Below, piece by piece: positions 35,890-48,992 of a stretch of 64,000 nt of DNA; the first letter of the stretch is position 1; each line of letters opens with the position of its first letter. This stretch comes from an uncultured Lachnospiraceae bacterium (lineage in GTDB: Bacteria; Bacillota; Clostridia; UBA1381). The stretch spans positions 25,234 to 89,233 of the forward strand of contig CAZCZR010000001.1 in assembly GCA_964503455.1 (NCBI GenBank), given 5' to 3'. The notes under the pieces are model-generated. The model saw nothing but the letters and a program-made list of their open reading frames with translations, was not told the origin of the DNA and did no database searches. Made by a program: the position numbers and the translations under genes.

Positions 35890-36963
35890 TCAGGCTGTGA
35901 TACTGCGGTTTTTGCGGTCGGCAAGCGAGTTTTTTATGCCGCGCTTTACAGCTGTATACGCCATACACACGGCGCATGGAATGATATAAACGGCCGCCGC
36001 GCGCAGAAAATACCTTACTCCTATACTGTCCACGCCGTATTTGTCAAACAGGAAATTTACCTCTTTAAGCATAAGACAGTGACTGAGATATATAATATAG
36101 CTTGAAGAGTCGAGCAGACGTACAAGGCTGTGCCGGCAGATTTTGCTTGCGCCGCCGAGAGAAAACGCGAATACCGCGATGACGGCGATCATTCTGTAGG
36201 CATTCATGGCAGTTTCAAGCCATGTCCAGCCATTATCGCCAAGAAAGTTCACATATGAAAGACCTATCGCGAATATCGCCGATACGGTAAAAGCAATATA
36301 GATGAAGCGTTTGTTTTCCAAAACAAGCCATTTTGCTCGGTCATAGTTCATGCCTATATACGCCCCGACAGTCCAGTAGGCGAAATAAGTGGTAAATATT
36401 CTGTCAGTGAAACGGAAATAATATCCGGGAACAAAGACATCGATTATATTTGGCAGATACTGTCCGAGTACGCTTGTTGCGATTATCGCGAACGGTATCA
36501 TTAAAACCGCGCTCACACCCCTGAAAAGCTTTACCCACAACGGCATCAGCAGATAGAACTGCGCTATGATGATAATATAGTAAAAATGCCCTACATAGTC
36601 GCCGGAGTAAATATAGTAGATAAGATTGTGCAAATCAAATTCCTCTATATGCATCACGCAGTCAAAAGCATAGTATAGGATCACCCATAAAAGATAGGGC
36701 AGTATGATCGTGCGAATACGCTTTACATAGAACTCGCCGGCACTGAAAACCGGCTTTTTATTAAGGAACTGCTTTACTCCGCTTAGGAATATAAAGCCGT
36801 ACACCGCAAACGATGACGCCTGCCACAGCACATATGCCGCTGAATTTGCTACGCTGCCTTTATCAAGACCTGTGACCGCTTCGGAATTTATATGGATAAA
36901 TATTACTACAAGACAGCAGAATATATTCATAAACGACAGCTCGTATTTTCTTTTCTTTTCCAT
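35890..36963 (-). CDS. Acyltransferase family 3 membrane protein (O-acyltransferase)
   Basis: ~10 TM helices. N-terminus ELSFMNIFCCLVVIFIHINSE, with the conserved His typical of acyltransferase_3. ATG 36963 lies 1 nt after the tmk stop. Confidence 0.85.
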   Translation of the reverse strand: MEKKRKYELSFMNIFCCLVVIFIHINSEAVTGLDKGSVANSAAYVLWQASSFAVYGFIFLSGVKQFLNKKPVFSAGEFYVKRIRTIILPYLLWVILYYAFDCVMHIEEFDLHNLIYYIYSGDYVGHFYYIIIIAQFYLLMPLWVKLFRGVSAVLMIPFAIIATSVLGQYLPNIIDVFVPGYYFRFTDRIFTTYFAYWTVGAYIGMNYDRAKWLVLENKRFIYIAFTVSAIFAIGLSYVNFLGDNGWTWLETAMNAYRMIAVIAVFAFSLGGASKICRHSLVRLLDSSSYIIYLSHCLMLKEVNFLFDKYGVDSIGVRYFLRAAAVYIIPCAVCMAYTAVKRGIKNSLADRKNRSITA

Positions 36964-36964
36964 G

Positions 36965-37594
36965 TCAGATCTCCGTAATATATTTGTCGAAAGCCGCGGC
37001 AATCTGAGAGGCGATCTCATCAACAGAGCCGGTTCCGTCGAATGTGACGATGTTTACAGTGTCCGAAAAACGTTCAAAGGATTTAAGATAGTTTTCACGC
37101 ACCTTTTCAAGCCGTTCTCTTTCTTCAAACAGCTCGCTTGAAAAGCGGTTTTCCGATATTCTTTCAAGCGCCGTTTCGACAGGTACGTCAATAAATATAA
37201 CCAGATCCGGCTTCATCAGCCTCATGCTTTCCGAATTAACGGAAATTACCCAGTCAAGGTCCATGTCTACGCTGTTGTAGGCGTAGGAGGAAAAGCAGTA
37301 GCGGTCGGAAATTATATCGGCGCCGGATTCCAACCGTTCAAGAAGTCCGTCGGTGGGATTGGTGATATGATCAAGTCTGTCAGATGCAAAAAGCGACGCT
37401 ATCATGCGTGTGTCGCCTTTGATCCTGCCCGTAAGAAACTGCCGGAGCAGTACTCCCACAGGGCCGTCGCTCGGCTCACGCGTTATAAGCGGCTTTCTGC
37501 CGCGATCGGTCATATGCTTTGCAAGCAGTTCTATTTGCGTGGTCTTGCCGCTGCCATCTATACCCTCGAATACTATAAATGTTCCTTTTTTCAT
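36965..37594 (-). CDS. tmk: Thymidylate kinase
   Basis: GTFIVFEGIDGSGKTTQ P-loop, the TREP motif and DRY/FSS-type lid segments. Confidence 0.93.
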   Translation of the reverse strand: MKKGTFIVFEGIDGSGKTTQIELLAKHMTDRGRKPLITREPSDGPVGVLLRQFLTGRIKGDTRMIASLFASDRLDHITNPTDGLLERLESGADIISDRYCFSSYAYNSVDMDLDWVISVNSESMRLMKPDLVIFIDVPVETALERISENRFSSELFEERERLEKVRENYLKSFERFSDTVNIVTFDGTGSVDEIASQIAAAFDKYITEI

Positions 37595-37729
37595 CCGAAA
37601 CGCCTCGTTTTCCGTTGTTTTATGCTGTAAGTATATCATATAAGCAGAAAATTGTCAAGAGTGATAAAAAGCAGGCGTTCGTCAGAATGTACAAAAAGCT
37701 AAAATTTATGAGGAAAATAACATAAAATA

Positions 37730-37758
37730 TTGACAAATTACTTGATTTGATATATAAT
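37730..37758 (+). promoter_or_regulatory. Consensus sigma-A promoter upstream of the FGGY kinase gene (TTGACA-17-TATAAT)
   Basis: TTGACA 37730-37735, 17-nt spacer, TATAAT 37753-37758. Confidence 0.55.
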
Positions 37759-37812
37759 GTTAATCATAGAATATATTTCGGCAGCGCAGCTGTCCGCAAA
37801 AGGAGAAGGATT

Positions 37813-39297
37813 ATGAAAGATAAATACAAATTTTTAGCGTTTGACTTCGGCGCGTCAAGCGGCCGCGCAATGCTTGCAACATTTGACGGCGAAAAACTTA
37901 CACTTGAGGAAAAGCACCGCTTTTCAAACGACCCTGTAAATATCAACGGAAATCTTCATTGGGATGTTCTGAGACTGTTTTTTGAGATAAAGCAGGGTAT
38001 TTTAAAGTGCGCAAACTCGGGTGACAGGGATATTGACTGTATCGGTATAGACACATGGGCTGTGGATTACGGTCTGCTCGACAAATATGACAAGCTTCTG
38101 GGAAACCCCTATCACTACCGTGACACAAGGACAGAAGGTATGTATGACGAGGCGTTTGCATTGGTTCCCAAGGAAGAGATCTTTAAAGAGACCGGTATAG
38201 CTTTCAACTGGTTCAACACGCTTTATCAGCTGCTGTCGGCAAAGCTTTCCGACGATGTTGCCTTAAAGAACGCAAAAACGCTTCTTATGATGCCCGATTT
38301 GTTCAATTTCTTCCTGACGGGAGTTAAAAAGACGGAGTACACTAACGCTTCGACAACACAATTTTATAACAGCGAAAAATACGAATGGTCATATGATTTG
38401 TTAAACAAGCTCGGTCTGCCGACAGATATACTCACTGAGGTTGTTCATCCCGGAACTATCATCGGCACGGTAAAGCCGGAGCTTGCGGAGGAGCTTGGTA
38501 TCGCAGAGGTGCCGGTAGTTGCGGTAGCATCTCATGACACAGGCTCGGCGGTAGTGTCGGTTCCTGTTGTTGACAAGAAAGATTTTATATACATATCCAG
38601 CGGCACATGGTCGCTTATGGGCGTGGAACTTGACAAGCCGAACATTACTGAGGGCGCGTTCAAGTATAACTTTACAAACGAGGGCGGCGCAAACAAGACA
38701 ATACGCTTTTTAAAGAATATCATGGGACTGTGGCTGATCCAGGAATCACGCCGTCAATGGGACAGAGAAGGCGAACTGTTGAGTTTTGACGAGCTTGAAA
38801 AGCAGGCTAACGCCGCAACGCCCTTTGCTTCACTGATCGATCCCGATTATCCCGCTTTCCAAACGCCCGGTAATATGCCAAGACGCATAAGAGAATACTG
38901 CGAGCGTACAGGTCAGAAGGTGCCGCAGACAAAGGGCGAGATAGTCCGCTGCATAGCGGAAAGCCTTGCATTTAAGTATCGCAGCACCGTAGAGGGTATG
39001 GAGGACGTTACGGGCAATAAGTATAACGTTGTAAATATTGTGGGCGGCGGCATCAAAGACAAGATGATCTGTCAGTTTACCGCAAACGCTACCAAGCGCG
39101 TTGTAAGCACCGGCCCCGTGGAGGCGACAAGTATAGGAAATGTTATTGTGCAGGCAATAGCTATGGGCGCTATCAAGGACATCAACGAGGGAAGAAAAGT
39201 AGTCAGAAACTCGTTTGAGATCAAAGAATATACACCCAAAGATTCGCCCGAGTGGGACGCTGCTTATGAGAAGTGGAAAGAAATTATAAAGATGTAA
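37813..39297 (+). CDS. rhaB: FGGY-family carbohydrate kinase, rhamnulokinase-like
   Basis: FLAFDFGASSGRAMLATF...HRFSN.P...G.LHWD and IGIDTWAVDYGLLD motifs match rhamnulokinase-type FGGY kinases. RBS AGGAGAAGG precedes ATG 37813. No other rha genes are adjacent. Confidence 0.85.
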   Translation: MKDKYKFLAFDFGASSGRAMLATFDGEKLTLEEKHRFSNDPVNINGNLHWDVLRLFFEIKQGILKCANSGDRDIDCIGIDTWAVDYGLLDKYDKLLGNPYHYRDTRTEGMYDEAFALVPKEEIFKETGIAFNWFNTLYQLLSAKLSDDVALKNAKTLLMMPDLFNFFLTGVKKTEYTNASTTQFYNSEKYEWSYDLLNKLGLPTDILTEVVHPGTIIGTVKPELAEELGIAEVPVVAVASHDTGSAVVSVPVVDKKDFIYISSGTWSLMGVELDKPNITEGAFKYNFTNEGGANKTIRFLKNIMGLWLIQESRRQWDREGELLSFDELEKQANAATPFASLIDPDYPAFQTPGNMPRRIREYCERTGQKVPQTKGEIVRCIAESLAFKYRSTVEGMEDVTGNKYNVVNIVGGGIKDKMICQFTANATKRVVSTGPVEATSIGNVIVQAIAMGAIKDINEGRKVVRNSFEIKEYTPKDSPEWDAAYEKWKEIIKM

Positions 39298-39310
39298 GCT
39301 TTCATCAGGG

Positions 39311-39343
39311 GGGATGCGTTATATTTGGCGCGTCCCTTTTCTT
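39311..39343 (+). terminator. Rho-independent terminator after the kinase gene
   Basis: Stem GGGATGCG / CGCGTCCC (one G-U pair) followed by TTTTCTT. Confidence 0.55.
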
Positions 39344-39411
39344 CAAGGAGCGATATAAGAGCGGAAATCACAAATTTAACAATTTGTTCACAATTTACCT
39401 CTTGTATTCGC

Positions 39412-39441
39412 TTGACATAATGCGGTGTTATCTGGTATAAT
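39412..39441 (+). promoter_or_regulatory. Sigma-A promoter with extended -10 (TTGACA-18-TGgTATAAT) upstream of the SLH protein gene
   Basis: TTGACA 39412-39417. TG at 39433-39434, TATAAT 39436-39441. Leaves a ~180-nt 5' UTR. Confidence 0.5.
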
Positions 39442-39624
39442 AAAGACAGGACGTAATATTTTTGTAAAATTTATCGTTTCCGTATTTATATGCCGGAAAA
39501 CATAGAGCAGTATCACGCGCCTGCCGTGTATTGCCGACTTAAATTACAATCGAGGACGTTCTGAGTTCCGCCGGGAACCTGCTTGCGGCGGAAAGACTTA
39601 ATTCATAGTCAGGAGGTTAAAACC

Positions 39625-42567
39625 ATGAGAAAAAATGTGAGGAATTACGCGAAGAAGAGAATACTCGCGGCATTGGCGTCGGTGACGCTGGCGGCTTCGG
39701 CATTGCCGAGCGCTGTTTTTGCGGCGGGATTTTCGGATGTAACAAGCAAGGATTATTACTATACTGCCACAGAGGTGCTCAATGATATGGGTATACTTGA
39801 AGGTTATCCGGATGGCAGCTACAAGCCTGCTCAGTCTGTCACAAGAGCTGAAATGGCAACTATAATATGCAAAGTCCAAGGTTATGAGTCCGAAGCAAAG
39901 GAAATGGCGGGCAGAACGGATTATACAGACGTTGCGTCCGATCATTGGGCAAGCGGATACATAAATAAGGCAACGGATGAGGGAATTATCTGCGGCGACG
40001 GTGACGGGACTTTCCGTCCCGAGGATAATGTAAATTATGAAGAAGCTGTAAAAATGGTGGTCTGCGCTGCCGGAAAGGCTGATGAGGCGGCAAAAGCCGG
40101 AGGTTACCCCTACGGACATCTTGTCGTGGCAAACGGCAGAGGCTACACCGATAATGTGCGCGGCGTGACGTACACGGCGGCTTCAAGAGGCGATATAGCG
40201 GTTTTGGTATACAATTCACAGACCGCTGATTTAACACCTGTATCCTCGCTTAAGGCGGGAAGATATTATGTCAAACAATCGCTGACGCTAAGTACGGGCT
40301 ATGATGACGCGACAATTTATTACACTGTAAACGGTTCAGACCCTCTTAAAAACGGAAAAGTCTACCGCAATCCGATAGAGGTATCAGATGTGTTCACTTT
40401 AAAGACCGCGGCTGTAAGAAACGGGTTTGAAAGCAAAGTGGTTACGTATGCGTATACAATACGTCCGGCAAGCGGCGTAGTGCAAAGCGATGATCTTTTA
40501 AAGTCGCGTTATAAGCTTTACGTGGATGCCGATGAAGACAAAGGAACAATAACACCGTCCTCGACATCGACCCACCTCGGAGGAGCGGGTGTTACGGTTA
40601 CGGCTGTCGCGAACGAGGGCTATACCTTCGATCGCTGGGAAAGCTACAGCGGAGGAACCTTTTCCGATGAGTCAAGCGCCGAAACACGTTTTCTAATGCC
40701 GTACAACAACACTACCATAACAGCGGTATTTTTAAAGCTTCATACAGTAAAAATAGATCTGGGATACGAAAGCGACAACGCGCCCAGCGATATGCTTGTG
40801 GCCGATGGAAAGAAAGCTTCGGTGCCTGTGATAGCAAGCCGTGATGGTTACAATTTCATAGGCTGGTACGCAGATGAGGACTTTACCGAAAGCTTTGACT
40901 TTACAAAGTCGATTACGGCTGATACCACCATATACGCAAAATGGGAGGAAATTCCCAAGGAAACAATAACTTATAAAGTATCCTTCGATATGGGGTATGA
41001 GAATCCGGAAAATCCCGTATCAGAGCAGAGCATAGCTGAAAATACAGCGGTTACAGAACCTACCGTGCCGATAAGGGACGGCTATAAATTCAGCGGTTGG
41101 TATGCTGATTCGGATTATACAACCGAATACGACTTCGCTACGCTTGTAACATCGGACATAACCATATATGCGAAGTGGGAGCTTCCGGCTGAGTATAGCT
41201 TTATATATAACATGAATTATGACGGAGCGCAAAATATCTCCTTTAAGATAACGGAGGGAGAGTATCCGTCAGAGCCAAATACTCCGGTGCGTGACGGGTA
41301 TCGCTTCAACGGCTGGTATGCCGATGCGGAGTGCAATGACTTGTATGCTTTTGATGAACCTGTAATGGCGGACACTACAATATACGCCGGTTGGACAAAA
41401 GCGCATACCGTAACGCTTTACTATCACGAAAACGCATCCGAAACACAGCTTCTCAATGACGGAGAGTTTATATCCGAGCCTTCCGTTGAGGCGGTGGACG
41501 GATATGAGTTTGACGGCTGGTATACCGATCAGACATTCACCGAAAAGTACGATTTTTCAACGCCTGTCACAAGCGATATTGTCTTGTATGCAAAGTGGAT
41601 ACACAATACAGTATATGCTGTTACATTTAACTACAATTACGAAACTGCGGGCGAGCCTGACGTTATAACGACAGCTCCGGGCGGCGTTATCGAAAAGCCT
41701 GCCGATCCGGTGAGAGACGACTATGTTTTTGGCGGTTGGTATGCCGACAAAGAATGTAATGAGGCAGTCGATTTTACTGCGCCTGTGAGAGCGGACACAA
41801 CCGTATATGCAAAGTGGACGGCTTTGGAGAAATACACGGTATCGTTTGACTTGAATTACAGCGACGCTTCGTCACCGGCTTCGCAAAGCATCACGGCAGG
41901 GGATAATGCGGCACGTCCGTCAGAGCCTGAGCGTGATGGTTATGAGTTCGGCGGTTGGTATGCCGATAAGCAATGCACTCAGGAGTATGACTTCAGCACT
42001 GCCGTGACTGCGGATATAACCATATATGCAAAGTGGGATAAGTCTGTTGAGTATGATGTTTACTTTGACCTTAACTATGATGGTGCCGATGCGACGCAAA
42101 ACAGTGTGACTGTCGTGAAAAATTCCAAGGTTACCGAGCCGGCGGCTCCGGTTCGTGACGGATATAAGTTTGAAGGCTGGTATACAGACAAAAGCTGCAC
42201 CGAAAAATACGACTTCACGGCTCCTGTGACAGGAAGTATTACCCTTTATGCCGGATGGAGCGTATCGGTCGAGCTTAAGGTCTCGGATTTTAAGGCTGAT
42301 AAGACGGATATAGCGGTAGGCGTAAGTGAAACAGTCACATTTACCGTAAAGCTTGAAAACTTTACAGATCAGGTGCCTGTAATGAAGGATTCAAACGGAA
42401 ACGATATATATAAAATGTTTGACAATGGCACCAACGGCGATGAAACGGCGGGCGATGGCATATTTACTTTCAAAGCTGTGCTTATGCAGCCGGTGCCGAT
42501 TGAACAGATTTATTACGTTGACGTGAACGGAGTATTGAGCGACAAGGTGACAATAAGCTTTAAATAA
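39625..42567 (+). CDS. Cell-surface protein: signal peptide, three SLH domains, chitobiase-C-like domain, eight InlB-B (Listeria-Bacteroides, Flg_new) repeats, C-terminal Ig-like module
   Basis: SLH motifs (FSDVTSKDYYY...GILEGYPDGSYKP; YTDVASDHWASGYI...GDGDGTFRP), the TIYYTVNGSDP motif, and then repeated DGY.F.GWY.D......YDF...VT.D.T.YAKW modules. Confidence 0.9.
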   Translation: MRKNVRNYAKKRILAALASVTLAASALPSAVFAAGFSDVTSKDYYYTATEVLNDMGILEGYPDGSYKPAQSVTRAEMATIICKVQGYESEAKEMAGRTDYTDVASDHWASGYINKATDEGIICGDGDGTFRPEDNVNYEEAVKMVVCAAGKADEAAKAGGYPYGHLVVANGRGYTDNVRGVTYTAASRGDIAVLVYNSQTADLTPVSSLKAGRYYVKQSLTLSTGYDDATIYYTVNGSDPLKNGKVYRNPIEVSDVFTLKTAAVRNGFESKVVTYAYTIRPASGVVQSDDLLKSRYKLYVDADEDKGTITPSSTSTHLGGAGVTVTAVANEGYTFDRWESYSGGTFSDESSAETRFLMPYNNTTITAVFLKLHTVKIDLGYESDNAPSDMLVADGKKASVPVIASRDGYNFIGWYADEDFTESFDFTKSITADTTIYAKWEEIPKETITYKVSFDMGYENPENPVSEQSIAENTAVTEPTVPIRDGYKFSGWYADSDYTTEYDFATLVTSDITIYAKWELPAEYSFIYNMNYDGAQNISFKITEGEYPSEPNTPVRDGYRFNGWYADAECNDLYAFDEPVMADTTIYAGWTKAHTVTLYYHENASETQLLNDGEFISEPSVEAVDGYEFDGWYTDQTFTEKYDFSTPVTSDIVLYAKWIHNTVYAVTFNYNYETAGEPDVITTAPGGVIEKPADPVRDDYVFGGWYADKECNEAVDFTAPVRADTTVYAKWTALEKYTVSFDLNYSDASSPASQSITAGDNAARPSEPERDGYEFGGWYADKQCTQEYDFSTAVTADITIYAKWDKSVEYDVYFDLNYDGADATQNSVTVVKNSKVTEPAAPVRDGYKFEGWYTDKSCTEKYDFTAPVTGSITLYAGWSVSVELKVSDFKADKTDIAVGVSETVTFTVKLENFTDQVPVMKDSNGNDIYKMFDNGTNGDETAGDGIFTFKAVLMQPVPIEQIYYVDVNGVLSDKVTISFK
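40735..42255 (+). repeat. Seven canonical tandem ~70-aa InlB-B/Flg_new repeat modules (an eighth, divergent module lies just upstream)
   Basis: Periodic ...DGY(N/K/R/E/V)F.GWY(A/T)D......(Y/F)DF(T/S/A).(S/L/P)(I/V)(T/M/R).D(T/I).(I/L/V)YA(K/G)W... in the translation, about every 210 nt. Confidence 0.8.
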
Positions 42568-42641
42568 AATTCAAATGAAGCTGAAAAATTTTCAAGACAT
42601 AAGATCGCGGTATAGGATAATAATAAGGACGAGGTGATCTT

Positions 42642-42818
42642 ATGAAACAGCCGTTGCCTGATTTTTTTGACGATGATTCATGCTCATCGACAGATTGTAC
42701 CGGTCTTATACCCTCGGCGCCGAGAGATGATGACGAGAGAAAAAATTATGAGACTCTTTACAAATTTCTGCCTCCTAAGAACAGATTTGAAAGTACGATA
42801 AAATCAGGGAAAAAGTAA
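42642..42818 (+). CDS. Candidate small acidic protein (58 aa), absent from the ORF track (below its length cut-off)
   Basis: ATG 42642 preceded by GAGGTG at a 5-nt spacing. Translation MKQPLPDFFDDDSCSSTDCTGLIPSAPRDDDERKNYETLYKFLPPKNRFESTIKSGKK. A hairpin plus T-run (about 42824-42862) follows the stop. Confidence 0.4.
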   Translation: MKQPLPDFFDDDSCSSTDCTGLIPSAPRDDDERKNYETLYKFLPPKNRFESTIKSGKK

Positions 42819-42912
42819 TACAATGGGATCCGGCGTGATCAAGCGCCCGATCCCGTTTTTTTTCAAAATATAACGTTTCGCCGAAAAATTTTTACGAATT
42901 TATAAAAATCCC

Positions 42913-42941
42913 TTGACAAAACAGAAAAAATATGTGATAAT
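42913..42941 (+). promoter_or_regulatory. Sigma-A promoter of the thrS T-box leader (TTGACA-17-GATAAT with upstream TG)
   Basis: TTGACA 42913-42918, 17-nt spacer ending ...TGT, GATAAT 42936-42941. Confidence 0.55.
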
Positions 42942-42947
42942 ATATAA

Positions 42948-43210
42948 AAGAAAGCAAAGGCTGTGAAAAAGACAGTAGTCCGTGACGAGGTTATCAAGAG
43001 AGAGAATATCGTGGCTGTAAGTATTCTTATAAACTGTGCGGATGAATACCACTTTGGAGCCGCGTGTCGAAAGGCATTGCCCGGTAGGCATCGCCGCGTA
43101 AGGCTGCGTCAAAGCCTAATTGAGTTAATATTAAGGGTGGAACCGTGCGTTTTTCTGTGATGATACGCACCCCTTAGGAGTTTAAAGCACTCCTTTGGGG
43201 TGTTTTTATA
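42948..43210 (+). promoter_or_regulatory. T-box riboswitch leader, threonine specifier (ACC)
   Basis: AGAGAG box; specifier-loop context GAATACCAC with ACC at 43048-43050; T-box sequence AAGGGTGGAACCGTGCG (43133-43149). The antiterminator (GGGTG..GTGCGT/ACGCAC..CACCC) is mutually exclusive with the terminator CCCCTTAGGAGT/ACTCCTTTGGGG plus TGTTTTT (43170-43208). Confidence 0.85.
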
Positions 43211-43273
43211 TTGGCGTATTCCGAGCTTTCGGCGGGATACGTTAAACCGCACAAAATACAGGAGGTAACAAAC

Positions 43274-45028
43274 ATGGCAGAACTTAATGAATTACAAACG
43301 CTTCGTCATTCGGCGTCACATATATTGGCGCAGGCGGTAAAAAGGCTTTATCCGGACACTAAATTGACGATAGGTCCGGCTATAGATACAGGCTTTTACT
43401 ATGATTTTGACACGGAGCACACCTTTACCCGTGAGGATCTTGGCGAAATTGAAAAGGAAATGAAGAAGATCGTCAAGGAAAATCTCAAAATAGAGCGGTT
43501 TGAGCTTCCAAGAGCCGAAGCGCTTGAGCTTATGAAGGATGAACCGTATAAGGTGGAGCTTATAAACGAGATTCCCGAAGGCGAGACCATCTCCTTTTAT
43601 AAGCAAGGCGAGTTTACCGACCTTTGCGCGGGACCTCATGTAAACTACACAAGCAAGGTGAAGGCTTTCAAGCTTTTAAGTGCGACCGGAGCGTATTGGC
43701 GCGGCAATGAAAAGAACAAGATGCTTCAGCGTATATACGGCACCGCTTTCAAAAACAAGACAGAGCTTGAAGAACATCTGGCCGCTTTGGAAGAGGCAAA
43801 AAAGCGCGACCACAATAAGCTGGGACGCGAGCTTGAGCTGTTCACCACGTCGGAGCTTATCGGTCAGGGACTGCCCATATTGCTGCCTAAGGGCGCGAGG
43901 ATAATTCAGCTGCTTCAAAGATTTGTAGAGGACGAGGAGCAGAAAAGAGGTTGGCAGCTTACAAAAACGCCGCTTATGGCAAAGAGCGATCTGTATAAGC
44001 TTTCCGGTCACTGGGGACACTATAAAGAGGGAATGTTCGTGCTTGGCGACGAGGAAAAGGATGATGAGGTGTTTGCGCTCCGTCCTATGACGTGTCCGTT
44101 CCAATATCAGGCGTATCTCAACAGAGGACGTTCGTATCGCGATCTTCCGATGCGTCTTAACGAAACCTCGACACTTTTCAGAAATGAGGCTTCCGGCGAG
44201 ATGCACGGACTTATAAGAGTGCGCCAGTTTACAATTTCCGAGGGGCATCTTATTTGTACGCCGGAACAGCTTGAGGACGAGTTCCGCGGCTGTCTGGAGC
44301 TTGCGATATATATGATGAAAACTTTGGGACTTTACGAAGATATTACCTACCGCTTCTCGCAGTGGGATCCTGATGACAGAGAGAAATACATCGGCACGCC
44401 CGAACAGTGGGACGAGGCGCAAAGCATGATGAAGAAAATTCTTGACGACATCGGTCTTGATTATAAGATCGGCATAGGCGAAGCCGCGTTCTACGGTCCG
44501 AAGCTGGATCTCCAGATAAAGAATGTTCACGGCAAAGAGGACACTCTTATAACAATTCAGATAGACCAGATGCTTGCGGAAAAATTTGGAATGGAATACA
44601 CCGACAGCGACGGCAAAAAAAAGACCCCGTGTATTATTCACAGAACGTCCCTCGGCTGCTACGAGAGAACACTCGCGCTTCTTATCGAGAAGTATGCAGG
44701 AGCATTCCCCCTGTGGCTCGCTCCGGTGCAGGTTAAAATTCTTCCCATTGCGGACAGACATCTCGACTATGCTTATGAGATCAAGAAAAAGCTTGCCGAC
44801 TGTGATGTTATTCGTGTAGAGATTGATGACAGAAGCGAAAAAATCGGCTATAAGATTCGTGAAGCACAGCTGGAAAAGGTGCCGTATATGCTTGTAATCG
44901 GCGATAAGGATATCGAAAACAACGTTGTTTCGGTACGCGACCGCAAAGAAGGTGACAAGGGCAGCATGAGCCTTGAAGCCTTTGCTGCTATACTGAAGGA
45001 TGAAATAGAAAATAAAACTATAAAGTAA
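43274..45028 (+). CDS. thrS: Threonine--tRNA ligase, short form lacking the N-terminal TGS domain
   Basis: RBS GGAGGT precedes ATG 43274. The protein starts directly at the editing/second-additional domain (LRHSASHILAQAVKRLYP...GFYYDFD), then class II motifs (FRNEASG, GEAAFYGPKLD) and the anticodon-binding domain. Confidence 0.95.
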   Translation: MAELNELQTLRHSASHILAQAVKRLYPDTKLTIGPAIDTGFYYDFDTEHTFTREDLGEIEKEMKKIVKENLKIERFELPRAEALELMKDEPYKVELINEIPEGETISFYKQGEFTDLCAGPHVNYTSKVKAFKLLSATGAYWRGNEKNKMLQRIYGTAFKNKTELEEHLAALEEAKKRDHNKLGRELELFTTSELIGQGLPILLPKGARIIQLLQRFVEDEEQKRGWQLTKTPLMAKSDLYKLSGHWGHYKEGMFVLGDEEKDDEVFALRPMTCPFQYQAYLNRGRSYRDLPMRLNETSTLFRNEASGEMHGLIRVRQFTISEGHLICTPEQLEDEFRGCLELAIYMMKTLGLYEDITYRFSQWDPDDREKYIGTPEQWDEAQSMMKKILDDIGLDYKIGIGEAAFYGPKLDLQIKNVHGKEDTLITIQIDQMLAEKFGMEYTDSDGKKKTPCIIHRTSLGCYERTLALLIEKYAGAFPLWLAPVQVKILPIADRHLDYAYEIKKKLADCDVIRVEIDDRSEKIGYKIREAQLEKVPYMLVIGDKDIENNVVSVRDRKEGDKGSMSLEAFAAILKDEIENKTIK

Positions 45029-45155
45029 CAGCTGTAACCCGCCGTACCTTCGGGGCATAATATATATTATAGTGTTTCTTGGGGTTGTGGTTGAATAACG
45101 TCTGTTTAGCGAAACGAACTGCAACACCAGGGAACAATGCCGTGTTCGGGGGTGC

Positions 45156-48975
<3,820 letters not shown>

Positions 48976-48992
48976 TTTACCATAAATAAATT

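Noticed and set aside
42642-42818. Weak resemblance of the small acidic ORF to the spore-coat protein CotJA (Y.T..LY.F.PP...F)
   Set aside because: The match covers only a few residues, and no cotJB/cotJC genes follow. It is not asserted.
43676-45127. 483-aa ORF on the minus strand
   Set aside because: It is entirely antisense to thrS, whose identity is unambiguous. The translation is low-complexity and rich in Leu/Arg/Phe, with no motifs and no RBS. This is a typical shadow ORF.
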